Below are positions 9,726-21,953 of a stretch of DNA of 64,000 nucleotides, in pieces. The notes below the pieces were generated by a model. That model saw only the letters and a list, made by a program, of their open reading frames with translations, did not search any database and was not told where the DNA came from. The translations under genes were made by a program, and so were the position numbers. This DNA is from Scenedesmus sp. PABB004. Lineage: Eukaryota. The DNA lies in NCBI GenBank assembly GCA_014905635.1, contig JABVCE010000020.1, forward strand, positions 558,001 to 622,000, given 5' to 3'. The first letter of the stretch is position 1. Each line of letters starts with the position of its first letter.

Positions 9726-12296
9726 TCACATCCACTCCAGCACATACTGCGGGACGCCGTCCTCCTCCTCCTCCTCCTCCGCCGCCTCCGCCTCCTCCAC
9801 CTCCTGCGCCGGCTGCGGCGCCCGCGCCGCGCCGCGCCACGCGGCCGCGCCGCGCGCCGGCACGGGCGGCGCGGGGGCAGGTCGGGGCCGCGCAGCGCGC
9901 TGCGCGGCGCCGGCGGCGCCGACGCGGCGACGTCGGGGCAGCCGCCGCCGCCGCCGCCCTCCTGCTCTGCCGCAAAGTTCGCAAACACGCGCCGGTCGAG
10001 CGCCGCCTCGTCGTCGCCGCCCTCCGACAGCCGCGGCAGGCCGCGCCGCGCCGCGGGCGCGGGCGCCGCCGCCGCGGGCGCCGCCGCGGGCGCGGGCGCG
10101 GCCCCGGCGGCGAGCTTGGCGGCGCCGGGGCCGGCCGCCGGCTCCCAGCGCTCCGTGAGGGCGTCGAGCGCGGCGTAGAGCAAGCCCGCCGCGGGCGGCT
10201 GCGGCACGGAGCAGTCGACGAGCAGCGCGCGCGCGGGCGCTGGGAAGCCGTAGAAGCGGCGGTTCAGCGCGGCGCGCGCGACCATGACGCTGCCCTGCAG
10301 GCCCACGCCCGCAAACGCGCCGCGGCTGACCGACCAGCCGACCACGCCGCCGCGCGCCGCGGGCAGCCCGCCGACGCGCAGCGAGGCCTCGGCGCTGCGC
10401 CCGAGCGGCCCGAGCGCGAGCCCGGCCGCGCCGCCGAGGCCGAGCGTCGCGCCAGCCGCAAACGCGCGCACGGCCTCGTCGGTGCGCAGCACGAGCAGCA
10501 CGTCGGTCAGGTCGCCGCCGAGCTGCAGGCCCCAGCCGAGGCCGTACGCCGCGGCCGCGCACGGCGCCGACCACGCGCCGCTGCGCTGCCGCGACACGAC
10601 GACGCCTGCGGCGCGGCGCGGCGCGGTGCGGCGCGGGTGGGCGGCCGCCCCCTGCCAGGTCCCCGCCCGCCGCCGCGCGGCCGCGGCGCGCGCCCAGCCG
10701 GCTCGAGGCAGAGCGCGCCCACCCGTGCCGGCGGTGCACGACCAGCCCGCGCCGACCCGCGCGACGCTGAGGATGGCCAGCCCCTTGGCGCCCGCCAGCA
10801 GCGACGCCGGCAGGCCGCGCTCCGCCTCCAGCCGGAAGGTCTGCGCGGGCGCGGCGGGTGCGGCAGGCCGGCGGGGCACGCACACTGAGCGCGCCGGCGC
10901 GCGCTGCCGCACGCCACGGCGCCGCCGCCGCCACCGCCGCGTCGTCTGCCGCGCCTGGTTGAAGGTGCGGATGATGTTTGAGGCCTTGTACACCTCCGCC
11001 GCCATGTCGCCGCCCCAGGGGCTGTTCAGCCAGCTGCGCAGGCTGACGGCGTCGAGCGCGTCGTGCACCGGCGGCTGCACGCTCGCCGCCGCTGCGCCGA
11101 CCAGGAACGCCTGCAGCGGCTCCAGCAGGCCCGCGCACATGTCGCACACGCGCTGCGGGTCCCTTTGAGAAAGGCGGGCGCGGCGGCGGCGGCGGCGGCG
11201 GCGCGCGGCGGCGGCGCGGCGCGCGCGTCGGCGGCGGCGCGCGGCGCGGCGCGCGTGACGGCGGCGGCGCGCGCCGGGCGCGCTGCGCAGCGCGCGCGGG
11301 GCGCCGCCGCTCACCGCTCCTTGAACCGGGGCGGCAGCAGCAGCTGCCGCGCGGAGCAGGCGTGGCAGAAGAGCCGGCCGCAGAGGCGGCAGTGGTGGCG
11401 CAGCCGCATCAGCGGCTTGAACGGCTGCATGCAGTTCCCGCAGTGGCTGGCATAGCTGTCGGGCAGCCACTGCGGCGGCTCCAGCCGCAGCACGTCGCGC
11501 TGCGGGCCGCCCGGCGCGCTCTGGGGCAGCCCCGGGTGCGCGTGGAGCGGCGCGGCGTGGTGCTGCTGCAGGCCGCCGCCCGTGTGCCGGCCGCCCGCGA
11601 CGTCGCCCGCGCGCACGCCGCCCGCGCCGACGCCCGCCGGCAGCGCCGGCGCGCTCGGGCCGCCGCCGTCGTCGTCGCCGCCGCTGTAGCTCGCCAGCAG
11701 CGCGGCGAGCGGCGCCGCGGCACGCTGGACCTCGTGCGCGTAGTGCTCCGCGGTGGCCGAGGCGGTGGGGAAGGCCTCCCAGCCCTCCTCCTTGGTCTGC
11801 GGCGGCGGCCGGCGGCGGCAGCCGGCGGCGTCGGCTGCGCCGGCGCAGCGGGGCGCGCCCCGCCGCAGAGCAGGGCCGAAGAAACAGGGCGTGCGCGCGC
11901 GGGGCGGGCCGCCGCCCTAAACCCTAACCCCGCGCACCGTGTCGTCCATGAAGGCGGCGGTGGCGAGCGCGATGAGGTCTTTGAGCTCGTGGTTGGTCGC
12001 GAGCGCGGCGCGCGCGTCAAACGGCGCGCGGCAGAGCGGGCAGCACGCGCCGCGCGCCTGCACCGCGCCGAAGCAGTCGCGGCAGCCGTTGTGCCCTGCG
12101 CGGCGCGGGGCGCGGTTGCGGGGTCGGCGTCGGCGGCGCGGCGCGGGCGCGGCACTGGCGCTGGCACGTGCTCCGCGGCGCCGGGCGGCGCACCGCAGGG
12201 CAGCGTGGACGGTCCGCCGTTGCGGCCGAGCAGGTCGCAGCAGACGGGGCAGATGGGGAGCTCGCCGCTCGCGGCAAGCTTGACCGGGCCCGCCAT
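9726..12296 (-). CDS. RING + FYVE + SYLF (Ysc84/DUF500) domain protein, similar to plant CFS1/FYVE2
   Basis: RING CPVC..LPCGHNGCRDC..CPLCR; FYVE WLPDSYASHCGNC..RHHCRLCGRLFCHACS..RVCDMC; SYLF AKGLAIL..GAGWSCTAGTG..WSAPCA..GWGLQLGG..SRGAFAGVGLQG. The last exon needs a frame correction near 9875. Confidence 0.9.
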
Positions 12297-12676
12297 CGCG
12301 CCCGCCTGCGAACGGGCGCCGCCGCTGCCGCGCCCCGCGCCGGCGCGCTCGGCCGCCGCGGGGCTGCCGCCGCTACGCCAGCTGGTGGCGGTGGTCGGGG
12401 GGACGGCGGTGCTGCACTGCGAAGGCCGGGAGCGGCCGAGGTGGCGCAAATTTTGGCCGGCGAGCAACTGCGCTGCGCGGAGCGCCCGGGCGCGCCCGGC
12501 GGGGTGTGGGGGTGAGACCAGCGCGCAGGTGGAGACCTGCGAATGCAGCGGGGCAGCTGGAGGGCCGGGCGTGTGAACTCGGGCTCAGCTGTGCAGCTGC
12601 GCCTCAGCACCGCGACACGGTCAGATCCGCTCGCTGTGAGGCGGCCCACCGACCTGCTTGCCGAGCGCGGCGCGAG

Positions 12677-13668
12677 ATGGACGGCGGCGGCGGCAGCAGC
12701 GACGACGCGGGGTGGGCGCAGCGCGAGCCGCAGCCGCCGCTCCTCGAGGAGGAGTTCACGCTGCTGGACGTGCCGGGAGCGGGAGGCAGCGCCAGCGCCG
12801 CGGTGCGCGTCGCGCACGCGCGCGGGCGCTCGCCGGCGCGGAGCGCCGACAGCCGCGCACGCGCACGCGCCGCAGGCCGTCGGCGGCGGCGGCGGCGGCG
12901 GGCGGGAGGAGGCGCTGTCGCTGCGCCTGAGCAGATACGCGTTCACGGCGCTGAACGTGACCATCAGCTGCGGCGCGCTCGCCGTCGCCAAGCAGGTCGG
13001 CGCGCGCCCCGCCCCGTACGCGCGTCTGCCGGCGCCGACCGGCGGCGCTCGCGCCGCCGACCGGCCGCGCCGCGCCGCGCCGCGCCGCGCACGCTGCAGG
13101 TGCTGAACCCGGCCAACTTCAGCCAGCCCGACCCCGCAGCCCAGGAGGCGGCGCGGCAGCTCCCCGCATGGTTTGCCCGGCAGTATGAGACGCGGCGCAT
13201 GGCCACGGTGCGCGCGCGAGCCACGCCGCGCCCGGCCAGCCGGCCACACGCGCGCGCGCGGGAGCCCGCGGCTCACGCAGCCGCGCCGCGCCGCGCCGCG
13301 CAGGGCTTCACGCGCGCGGTGCTGCAGGACACGAGCGCGCTCATGGCTGCCAGCGCGACGTGGTATGGCGTGCAGGCGCGTGGCGGGCCGAGGGCGCCCA
13401 CACAGCACAGCACGCAGCAGCGAGCGCAGCGCGCGCGCGGCGCCGCGCGCGGCATGTGCCAGCGCTGCATGGCCGCGGCCGCGGCAGCGCGCCGACGTGC
13501 GCGCCGGCCGGCGCGCAGATGGGCCTGCGCGCCGCGCGCGGCGTCGACGACGCCGCCAACGTCACGACCGCGGGCGCGCTCTCGGCGGGCCTGCTCGGCG
13601 CGACGTGTGAGCGCGCGCTGCCGCCGCGCCTGCCGCCGCCTGCCGCGCCGCCGCCGCCTGCGTCCGTC

Positions 13669-13732
<64 letters not shown>

Positions 13733-14266
13733 CCGCCGCGCTGGGCCGCCGGCGCCTCGCCCGCAGTCTTCCAGCCGTTCCGGGCGAGCCGCGTGGGGGT
13801 GTGGGGCGCGGTGGGCGGCCTCGCCGGCTACGTGGGCTTCAAGCAGCAGGCGGCGCTGCGCGCCGCGCTGCTCGAGCGGCAGCAGCAGCTGGAGCAGAGT
13901 GCGTGCTGTCGTCCGCGCGCGCGCGCGGAAGGGGGGAGCATGCGCGGGGGGGGGGGGGGGGGGGGGCCGCGCCCGCCGCCGACCGCCGGCGCCCGACGCG
14001 CGCCGCGCCCCGCCAGAGCACCTGCACCGCGGGCCAGGGGAGATGTCTGCCAAGCTGGACGGCCGCCTGCTGAAGCAGCTGCTGGAGATGGAGCAGGCGG
14101 AGCAGGCCGCCGCGATGAAGGCGACGCAGGCGCGCGCGGCCGCGCGCAGCCGCGCCGACTCGGAGGCCGGCGGCTCCGACAACTGGCGCGAGCTCATCAA
14201 CAACCCGCCCTGGCTCACGCAGTCGCCGCCGTGGGTCGCCGACGAGGCTGCGCAGCAGCAGGCGCA

Positions 14267-14298
<32 letters not shown>

Positions 14299-14336
14299 AG
14301 CTCGGGGACCGCGGCGACGGCGACGGCGACGGGTGA
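12677..14336 (+). CDS. Tim17/Tim22/Tim23 (PRAT)-like membrane protein, 7 exons
   Basis: Spliced WYGVQ-MGLRAARGVDDAANVTTAGALSAGLLGAT matches the PRAT R..D..N...G pattern. Gly-rich TM segments (VWGAVGGLAGYVGF) and a C-terminal coiled-coil follow. Confidence 0.65.
13672..13726. repeat. (CT)n microsatellite in an intron
   Basis: About 27 CT units read directly. Confidence 0.95.
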
Positions 14337-14889
14337 GCGTCGAGTCGTAGTTGGTGCTGGAGCTCTGAGAAGGCGCGGCCGCGCTGCTGGCGGTTTGCAG
14401 CCCCGCCGATTCGCTCGGGTTCGAGCGGGCGGCGGCGGAAGTTGGAACCCTGGCTCCCTGACCCCCGCTGGCCCGCCCTTGCGCCTCCACCTCGAGCTCC
14501 AGCAGCGCCACAGCAGTTCGGCACGCGCGCGCAGCCAGCCAGCCGAAAGCGACCCGGTCGCGCCATCTGCTGCTGCGGCCGCAGCTGCAGCGCCACCGCC
14601 ACGCCCGCCCGCCACAGCGCGCCTCCGAGCAGGCTGCGCGCCGCATCGCGACCGGGCCGCGCCCTGATCGCCCGGCGGCAGCTGCGCTCGCGCGCAGGCG
14701 GCAGCGATGGAGGCTTGCCGCCCCGCTCGCGGGCTACCGTAGCCGCTGCGCCGCGGGGCACCGTCGGCGACCGACGCTCTGGCGGCGGCCCGGTCGCGAT
14801 GCGGCGCGCAGCGCCGCGCTAGTGCTCCGATGGCGCCGCCCTGCACCTCTCGCCTCGCCGGAGCGCTTGAGCCCGCCCGCGGCGCCGTC

Positions 14890-16210
14890 ATGGCCGCGTC
14901 CAGCCTCGGCTACGTTGGCGGGCCCGTGCCCGACGCCAGCCGCATGGGGCGCCACAAGCAGCGCTACGCGGAGACAGGCGAGCGCCTGGTGGCCGGGTGA
15001 GCGCCCGGGCGCGCCCTCCCGCCGCCCCAGGCCGCGCCCCGCCGGCCCGCACGCCGGGAGGCGCGGCGCGGCGGCCGCGCGGCGCGCCGGCGGCGCCGCG
15101 GCGGCCGCCGGACCGCGCGCCGCTGCTGCTGCTGCTGCGCGCGCGGCGGCCGGCCGCCGCCGCCGCCCGCCGACGCGGCGCCGCGCCGCGCCCGGCTCGG
15201 CGGCGCAGGTGCATCCCCATCCGCTACCCCGGCGCCGCGCCGACGCCGGCGAGCGTGGAGGTGATGCTCATCTCGAGCCGCGGCGGCAAGGGCTGGGTGT
15301 TCCCCAAGGTGCGCCGGCGGCGGCGGGCGCGGCAGCAGCGGCAGCGGGCGCGGCGGCAGCAGGGGGCGCGGCGGCAGCAGGGGGCGCGGCAGCAGCAGGG
15401 GGCGCGGCAGCAGCGGGCGCAGCAGCAGCAGCGGGCGCGGCAGCCCGCAGGGCGCCCACGCGCCGCGGCCTGCACCGCCGCGCAGGGCGGCTGGGAGGAC
15501 GACGAGACGGTCGAGGCGGCGGCGCGGCGGGAGACGGTGGAGGAGGCGGGCGTGCGGGGGAGCATCGAGGTGCGCCGCGCTGCTGCTGCGGGCGCGCCGG
15601 CGACGCCCACCCCGCCGCGCCGCGAGCGCCTCGCCGCGCACCGCACCGCCGCCGCGCCGTGCGCCCCCGCCGCGCCGCCCACCCCCGCCGCTCGCCGCCC
15701 GCGTGCGCCGCGGCCGCCAGGAGCCCATGGTGGGCGCGTTCTGCTTCCTCTCAGGCAAGCGGGAGCAGGCGGGCACCACGCACCGGGGCTGCCGCGCCCA
15801 CATGTTTGTGCTCCGCGTCGCGGAGGAGCTCGAGAGCTGGCCCGAGCACGAGCGCCAGCGCTGCTGGGTGCGCACGCGCGCGGGGCGCGGGGCGTGCGGG
15901 CGGGCGGCAGCGTGCGGCGAGCAGCGGGCAGCCGGGAGCGGGCGGGCGCAGCGCTGCCGCGGGCGCGGGCGCCAAGCGCTCCGCGCCGCGCCGCGCCGCG
16001 CCGCGCCGCGCGCAGGTGCCGCTGGCGGAGGCGGTCGGCAAGTGCCGGCACCAGTGGATGCGCGACGCGCTCAACACGTGGGTCGTCAGCAAGGGCTGGA
16101 CGCTGGAGCAGGACCCCACGGGCGGCGCCGCGGCGCCGGCCGGCGACGGCGACGGTGCGGCGGCGGTGGGCCTGACCTCCGACTCTGGCGGCAGCGCGTG
16201 CAGCTGCTGA
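14890..16210 (+). CDS. Nudix hydrolase, plant NUDT12/13/16-like (DIPP-type), 5 exons
   Basis: MGRHKQRY..ERLVAGCIPIRY; EVMLISSRGGKGWVFPK spliced to the Nudix box GGWEDDETVEAAARRETVEEAGVRG; VAEELESWPE..RCW..CRHQWMRDAL. Confidence 0.93.
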
Positions 16211-16441
16211 GCCCGCCAGCGGGCGGCGCGTGCGCTGGCGCACTGGCTGCCATGCCTGCCTCCCTCGTTCGTTATGCACGCGACACCCCAACAAGCTGCA
16301 CACTGCGGCTGCCGCGCCGCGCCGGGCGGCAGCCGCGGCAGCAGCCCCGCGCCGCGGCGGCGCCGCGCCCGCCGCGCGGGCACGGCGGCGGCCGGCCGGG
16401 GACTTCATTTCTGCTGCTCGGCGCTGGCGGACTAGGAGGAC

Positions 16442-16446
16442 TGTAA
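16442..16446 (+). promoter_or_regulatory. Candidate poly(A) signal TGTAA of the Nudix gene
   Basis: TGTAA about 230 nt downstream of the stop at 16210. Confidence 0.45.
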
Positions 16447-16846
16447 GTGGTTGGCGGGCACGCGCCATGCGGCGCGGCTGCGGCCCATTTTTCATGGCGG
16501 TCGGGACTTGTGGGGGCGCCGCGCGTCATTGGGTTGCTGGGCCGTAACCACCACCGTGCTAAGCTGCGCGGCTCCTGTGCGGCGGCGTCGTGCGCGATCG
16601 CCGCGGCGGCGGCGCGCGCTCGGAAGCTCCGCGGTCGCCGCGAGCGAAACCGCTGACAGCGGTCGCCCCAGCTCGCTCGCCCCAGCTCGCCGGGACGACC
16701 TAGGCCGCTGCCCCGGCGCGCCTGGCATATTGAAAACCGCACGCTCACAGCGCTTGCCGGCCCTGGCGCGGCCCCGTCGCCGCGGCGCCCGCAGCAGCGC
16801 GCGCTCCCATCACAACCGCGCCGCCGCGCCGCCGGGCCGCGTCGCC

Positions 16847-18147
16847 ATGGCCGACGACGGCGAGGAGGACGCGGAGCTGGCGGCGCTGCTGGACGACGAG
16901 CTGTTCGGGGGCGGCCTGGGCGAGCAGGGCGGCGGCAGCGGCGGCGCAGCAGCGGAGTGCGGCGGCGGCGCCGACCCCAGCGCGGCGCCCGCCGACGGCG
17001 AGCAGGCGGCCAAGCGCGCCCGGCGGGAGGCGGGCGAGCCGCCGGCGGATGAGCCGGCGCAGTGCCCGCCGCACCCGGGCTGGTGGATGGGCCTCTGCAT
17101 CCGCTGCGGCGCGCCGCGCAGCGCCGACGAGGCGACGCCGCCCGGCGGGGGCGGCACGCCGCCGCGCGGCGGCGCTTCCCGCCCCGACGCCACCACCACG
17201 ATCAAGCACCTCCACGCGCGCTCGGCGCTCGAGGTGTCGGCCGACGAGGCCGCGCGCGTCGCGAGCGGCGCCGTGCAGCGCCTGCTCGCGAGCCGGCGGC
17301 TCGTGCTGGTGCTCGACCTCGACCACACGCTGCTCAACACGGTGCGCGACGCGGACCTGGTCGGCGAGGAGCGCGCGCTCGCGGTCGCGTACCTGCAGCG
17401 CCAACACGCGCAGCTCGCGGCGCGCGCGGCGCAGCGACAGGGCGGCGCCGCGGCGGCGGCGCCGGGCGAGGCGCAGCCGCAGCAGCCGGGCGGCGAGGCG
17501 CAGCAGCCGCCGCAGCAGCCGGGCGAGGGGCAGCAGCCGCAGCAGCCGCCGGGCGGCGAGCAGCAGCAGCCGCAGGCGCCGGGCGGCGAGCGGGCGCCGC
17601 TGCCGCCGCTCGCGCTGCCGGCGGGGCGGCCGCGGCTGTACCACCTGGCCGACCGCGGGCTGTGGACGAAGCTGCGCCCCGGCGTGGAGGCGTTCCTGTC
17701 CGCCGCCGCGCCGCTCGCGGAGCTCCACATTTACACGATGGGCGACAAGGGCTACGCCCGGCTCATGGCCGACCTGCTTGACCCCGAGCACCGCCTCTTT
17801 GTCGGCCGCGTCGTCTCGGCGGTGCGCCGCGCACGTGCAACACCGCGCGTGTGCACGTGCAACACCGCGCGCGCACGCGCCGCGGACGCGCACGCGCGCC
17901 GCGGGGAGGTCTGCGGGGGTGCCGACGCCGCGGCGCCTGCGCCGACGCCGCCGCAGAGCGACAGCACGCGCGCGGGCGTCAAGGACCTGGACGTGCTGCT
18001 CGCCGACGAGTCCCTCGTGCTCATCCTGGACGACACCGAGCACGTGTGGGAGAAGCACCGCGCCAACCTCGTGCAGGCGCGCGTGGGCGCGCGGCCGCCC
18101 GCCGCCGCGCGCGCCGGGAGCGCGCCCGCCGCGGCGTGCGCCGCGCG

Positions 18148-18178
<31 letters not shown>

Positions 18179-18470
18179 TCGCCGCGCGGCGCCCGCCCGC
18201 CCGCCCGCCCGCCCAGGTGGAGCGCTACCACTTTTTCGGCTCGAGCGCGCGGCTCTTCCACCCCGGCTGCGCGAGCCCGCTCGAGGCCGGCCGCGACGAG
18301 CCCGAGGCCGGCGGCGTGCTCGACACCGCGGCCGCGCTGCTGTCGCGCATCCACCGCCGCATGTTTGGCCCGCCGCCGGACGGCGCGGGCGCGCAGCCGG
18401 AGCAGCAGCCGGAGCAGCAGCCGGAGCCGGCGGCGGCGGGCGAGCAGCAGCAGGCAGAGCCGGAGCAGCT

Positions 18471-18503
<33 letters not shown>

Positions 18504-18528
18504 CGAGCAGCAGCAGCAGCAGCAGCCC

Positions 18529-18594
<66 letters not shown>

Positions 18595-19143
18595 GCCGTG
18601 CGGCGCGTGGTGCGGCGGCCCAAGTCGGCCGGCGCCGGCGGCGGCGGCGGCAGCCGGCCGGGCACGCCGGCGGCGCGCGACGTGCGGGAGTGCCTCGACG
18701 AGGAGCGGCGCACCATCCTCGCCGGCTGCACCGTCGTGTTCAGCCGCTGCTGGCCGACGCACCAGCGGCCCGCGGAGCATCCGCTGTGGCAGCTCGTGCT
18801 GCGCCTCGGCGGCACGCCGTCGCTCGCGTTCGAACCCGGCGTGACGACGCACCTCGTCGTCGCGCCGGTCAAGGGCGAGGCGGGCGGCGTGCCGCTCACG
18901 GACAAGGTGCAGGCCGCGCAGCGCGCCGGCGTGCCGGTGCTGCACCCGGACTGGCTGCTCGCGTGCAAGTTTGGCTGGGCGCGCGCGCCCGTGGCGCGCT
19001 TCGCGCTGCCAGGCTACGACGGCGTCGGCCCGGGCGGCTTCCAGGCCGACCGCCTGCTCGGCCCCACGCGCGCGCTGCTGGCGGCGGTGGAGCGCGAGCG
19101 CGCGGCGGTCAAGGCCGGCGCCGGGCGCGCCGACGCGGCGTGA
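16847..19143 (+). CDS. CPL4: RNA polymerase II CTD phosphatase-like protein (FCP1/CPL4 type), 3 exons
   Basis: N-terminal CPPHPGWWMGLCIRCG; catalytic LVLDLDHTLLN; TKLRPGVEAFL; IYTMG; ILDDTEHVW; C-terminal BRCT (LAGCTVVFS..TTHLV..TDKV..LHPDWL); polyQ insert. Confidence 0.93.
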
Positions 19144-19401
19144 GGCGGCGGGGCTTTGGACGCCGCTGCGCCGCCGCCGGCAGCCGCTGGCCTCTCCGGT
19201 CCCGTGACCGGGCGAGTTGTGACAGACCTTGATCGACCGCGTGCGTCGTGCGCCGCCGCAAAGTGTGGCCGCGTGCAGCCCCGGCTGGCAGCAGCTCCCG
19301 CGCCCCAGTGCCTGATCGCAACCGGCGCCTGCGCGCTCGCTCACGTGACCCCACAGCTTCTGGACAGCGCCTGTGGGGCCGCCGCGGCGCGGGCGGGCGG
19401 C

Positions 19402-20519
19402 ATGGCGCGGCCAGGGCCTGCTCTCGCGCATCGCGCCCTCGCGCTGCTCGCCCTGGCGGGCTGGGCGGCCGCCTACCCCTCCCTGTACGTGGCGCGCTAC
19501 GCCGAGAAGTGCACCGACCACCCGGCGTCAAACTTTGGGAAGGTGCATGGCTTTGAGCCGGCGCCAGACCGGTGCGGAGCACGCCGCCGCTGTGGCGGCG
19601 CGCCGCCGCCGGCACAGCGGCCTCGCAGCAGCAGCTGCAGCACCGGGCAGCCCCCTGGTGGCGCGCCGGCGTGCCGCGGCGGCGTGCCGCGGCGCACCGG
19701 CACGCCGCAGCGCGCGCCAGCAACTGCCCGCCGCCCCGCCCCGGCGCGTGGCTTTGCCCGGCTTGGCGGCGCCCGGCGCCGCCGCCCGCGACGATCCCCT
19801 CTCCGACACGCACGCTCCCCTCCCGCCGCGCCGCAGGAGCGTGGCGTTCGCGCTGCGCTCGGCCGCGACCGGCGCGCTCGCGGCGCCGTCGAGCGGCGGC
19901 GCGACGCGCGTGTGCGGCGGGCAGGCCTACCGCGTGTCGTTCGCGTTCGGGTCCACGTCTGGGGTGGCCGGGCAGCCGCCGCGCAACTACCTGCTCACGA
20001 GCAGCCACGGCAGCTTTGCGTACGCAAGCAACGACTGCGACGCGTGGTGGTGCGCCGCGCCGCGCACCGCGCGGGCGGGCGCGGGCCGCTGCTCCGGCGG
20101 CGGGGCGGGGCGGGGCGGGCCGGCCGCCGACGCCGCCGCCGCCGACGCCGCCGCCGCCGCCGCGCCCGCGCAGCCCCAACCGCGTGTGCTCGCCCGCGCC
20201 GGCCGCGAGCGGCGAGGCCGTGCTGAGCATTCCCTGCTCCGTGGGTGAGCCCGGCGGGGCGGGGCGGCAGCGGGGGGCGCCGGCCGCGCTGGCGGGCGCT
20301 GCGCGCGGGCGCAGCGCGCACGCTCACACCCGCGCTCGCACCCCGCGCCGCGCCGCAGCGCCCGGCACCAAGGTCACCGTGCGGCTGACCTCGGCCAACG
20401 GCCGCACGCCGACGCCGGGGTCGTCGCTGCGCACCGCGAGCGTGAGCCTGGTCGTGGACGGCGCGTGCTCGGTCAAGTGCGGCGCCGTCACGGCTGAGAA
20501 GGGTAGGCAGCTGAACTGA
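19402..20519 (+). CDS. Small secreted Cys-containing protein, possibly reeler-like, 4 exons
   Basis: Signal peptide ending AGWAAA|YPS; C..HP..H; RVCGGQAYRVSFAF; YLLTSSHGSF; VTVRLTSA. Exons are bounded by GT..AG. The reeler fold is an inference. Confidence 0.65.
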
Positions 20520-20778
20520 GCTGGGCTGGGCGTGAGCGGCAGGAGCGGCGCTGCGAGTGCGCGAGCGAGCGAGCGTGGGCGGGGGACTGTGTATTGGCCG
20601 GCTGCTGCCAAGCAGCTGGCCCCGGCGCGCAGCGGCGGAGCTGTGTGACACAGCCCGAGCTGGCCCGGCAGCGCTGTCGACGGCGCCCGACCCGCGCGCC
20701 TGCGAGCAGTTTACTGTACACGCGCAGCTGCGCCCGCCGCGGTGCCGCCGGCGTGCGCCACCGCGCCGGGCTCCTCGC

Positions 20779-21636
20779 TCACTGCTGCGTGAGCACGCCC
20801 TTGCTGCTCGCGACGCGCCCGCCGCGCCGCGGGTCGGCCTCGCACGCGCGGCGCAGCGCGCGCGCAAAGGCCTTGAACGTCGCCTCGATGATGTGGTGGC
20901 TGTTGCGCCCCGCGAGCTGCCGGATGTGCAGCGTCGTGCCGCTCGTGCCCGCCCAGGAGGAGAAAAAGTGCTCGACGAGCTCGGTGTCAAACCCGCCGAC
21001 GCGCGCCGCCGGGATGGCGAGGTCGCACGAGAGGTGCGCGCGGCCGCTGAGGTCGAGCACGACGTGCGTGAGCGCCTCGTCAAGCGGGGCGGTGAACTCG
21101 CCGAAGCGCGCGATGCCGGCGCGGTCGCCGAGCGCCTGCGCGAACGCGGCGCCGAGCGCGAGCGCGACGTCCTCGACCGTGTGGTGGTCGTCGATCCACG
21201 TGTCGCCCTCCGCGCTCACGTAGACGTCGAACAGCCCGTGGCTCGCGAGCTGGTCGAGCATGTGGTTGAAGAAGCCCACCGGCGTGTTGGCGACGCAGCG
21301 GCCGGTGCCGTCGAGGTCGAGCCGCACCTCGACGCGCGTCTCCTTTGTCGCCCGCGCGACGACCGCGACGCGCCGCCCCCGCACCTCCGGCAGCTCCAGC
21401 CCCGGGTGGCTGCGCCCCTCGCGCACCGCCGCCTCGGCCAGGTGCCGCGCGCGCGCGTACGCGTCGTCGGCGTCGGCCGCCGCCGCCGGCTGCTGCTGCT
21501 GCTGCTGCGCCGCCGGCGTGCCGCCCGCCTGAACGCTGGCCACGCGCGCCACCGTCAGCGACGCTCGCCGGCGCACGGGGGCGACGGCAACGGGCGCCGC
21601 GGGCCGCGGGGCGCGGCAGGCGGTGCTGCCGCGCAT
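20779..21636 (-). CDS. HISN5: Imidazoleglycerol-phosphate dehydratase (HisB/HISN5), plastid-targeted, intronless
   Basis: [70 protein letters not shown]. The N-terminus is a Ser/Arg/Ala-rich transit peptide. Confidence 0.97.
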   Translation of the reverse strand: MRGSTACRAPRPAAPVAVAPVRRRASLTVARVASVQAGGTPAAQQQQQQPAAAADADDAYARARHLAEAAVREGRSHPGLELPEVRGRRVAVVARATKETRVEVRLDLDGTGRCVANTPVGFFNHMLDQLASHGLFDVYVSAEGDTWIDDHHTVEDVALALGAAFAQALGDRAGIARFGEFTAPLDEALTHVVLDLSGRAHLSCDLAIPAARVGGFDTELVEHFFSSWAGTSGTTLHIRQLAGRNSHHIIEATFKAFARALRRACEADPRRGGRVASSKGVLTQQ

Positions 21637-21953
21637 GTCTGCTGCTCTCGCGCGCGGCGGGGCGGGCGAGCGCGGTCGAGGTGCCGTGCGCGACAGTGGT
21701 GGCCGGACAGCTGCTCTGGGAAGGCGGGCGGGGGCATGCGCGCATGGGGCACGCGCGGAGAGCAGCAGGCGCCCCCCGCGCCCCAAAGCCCGCGCTGAGT
21801 CGCGTGACTTCGCGCTGGTCCGCCCCAGTTCATCCTCAGCTCGACTCCAGCTCCCACGCCAGCCGCCGCACCCCCGGCGCTCCCGCGCCGCCCGCGCCGC
21901 CAGCGCGCGACCAGCGCGACTAGCGCAAGACCAGGCGCGCGGAAGGGGCGAGC

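Noticed and set aside
14405..14435. GGTTCGA resembling a tRNA T-loop
   Set aside because: It forms only a small hairpin (CGCTCG-GGTT-CGAGCG), with no cloverleaf, D-arm or acceptor stem.
18400..18590. PolyQ (CAG)n tract in the CTD phosphatase; similar tracts near 27815, 29295 and 43250
   Set aside because: Such tracts are commonplace in chlorophyte genes. They are real but unremarkable.
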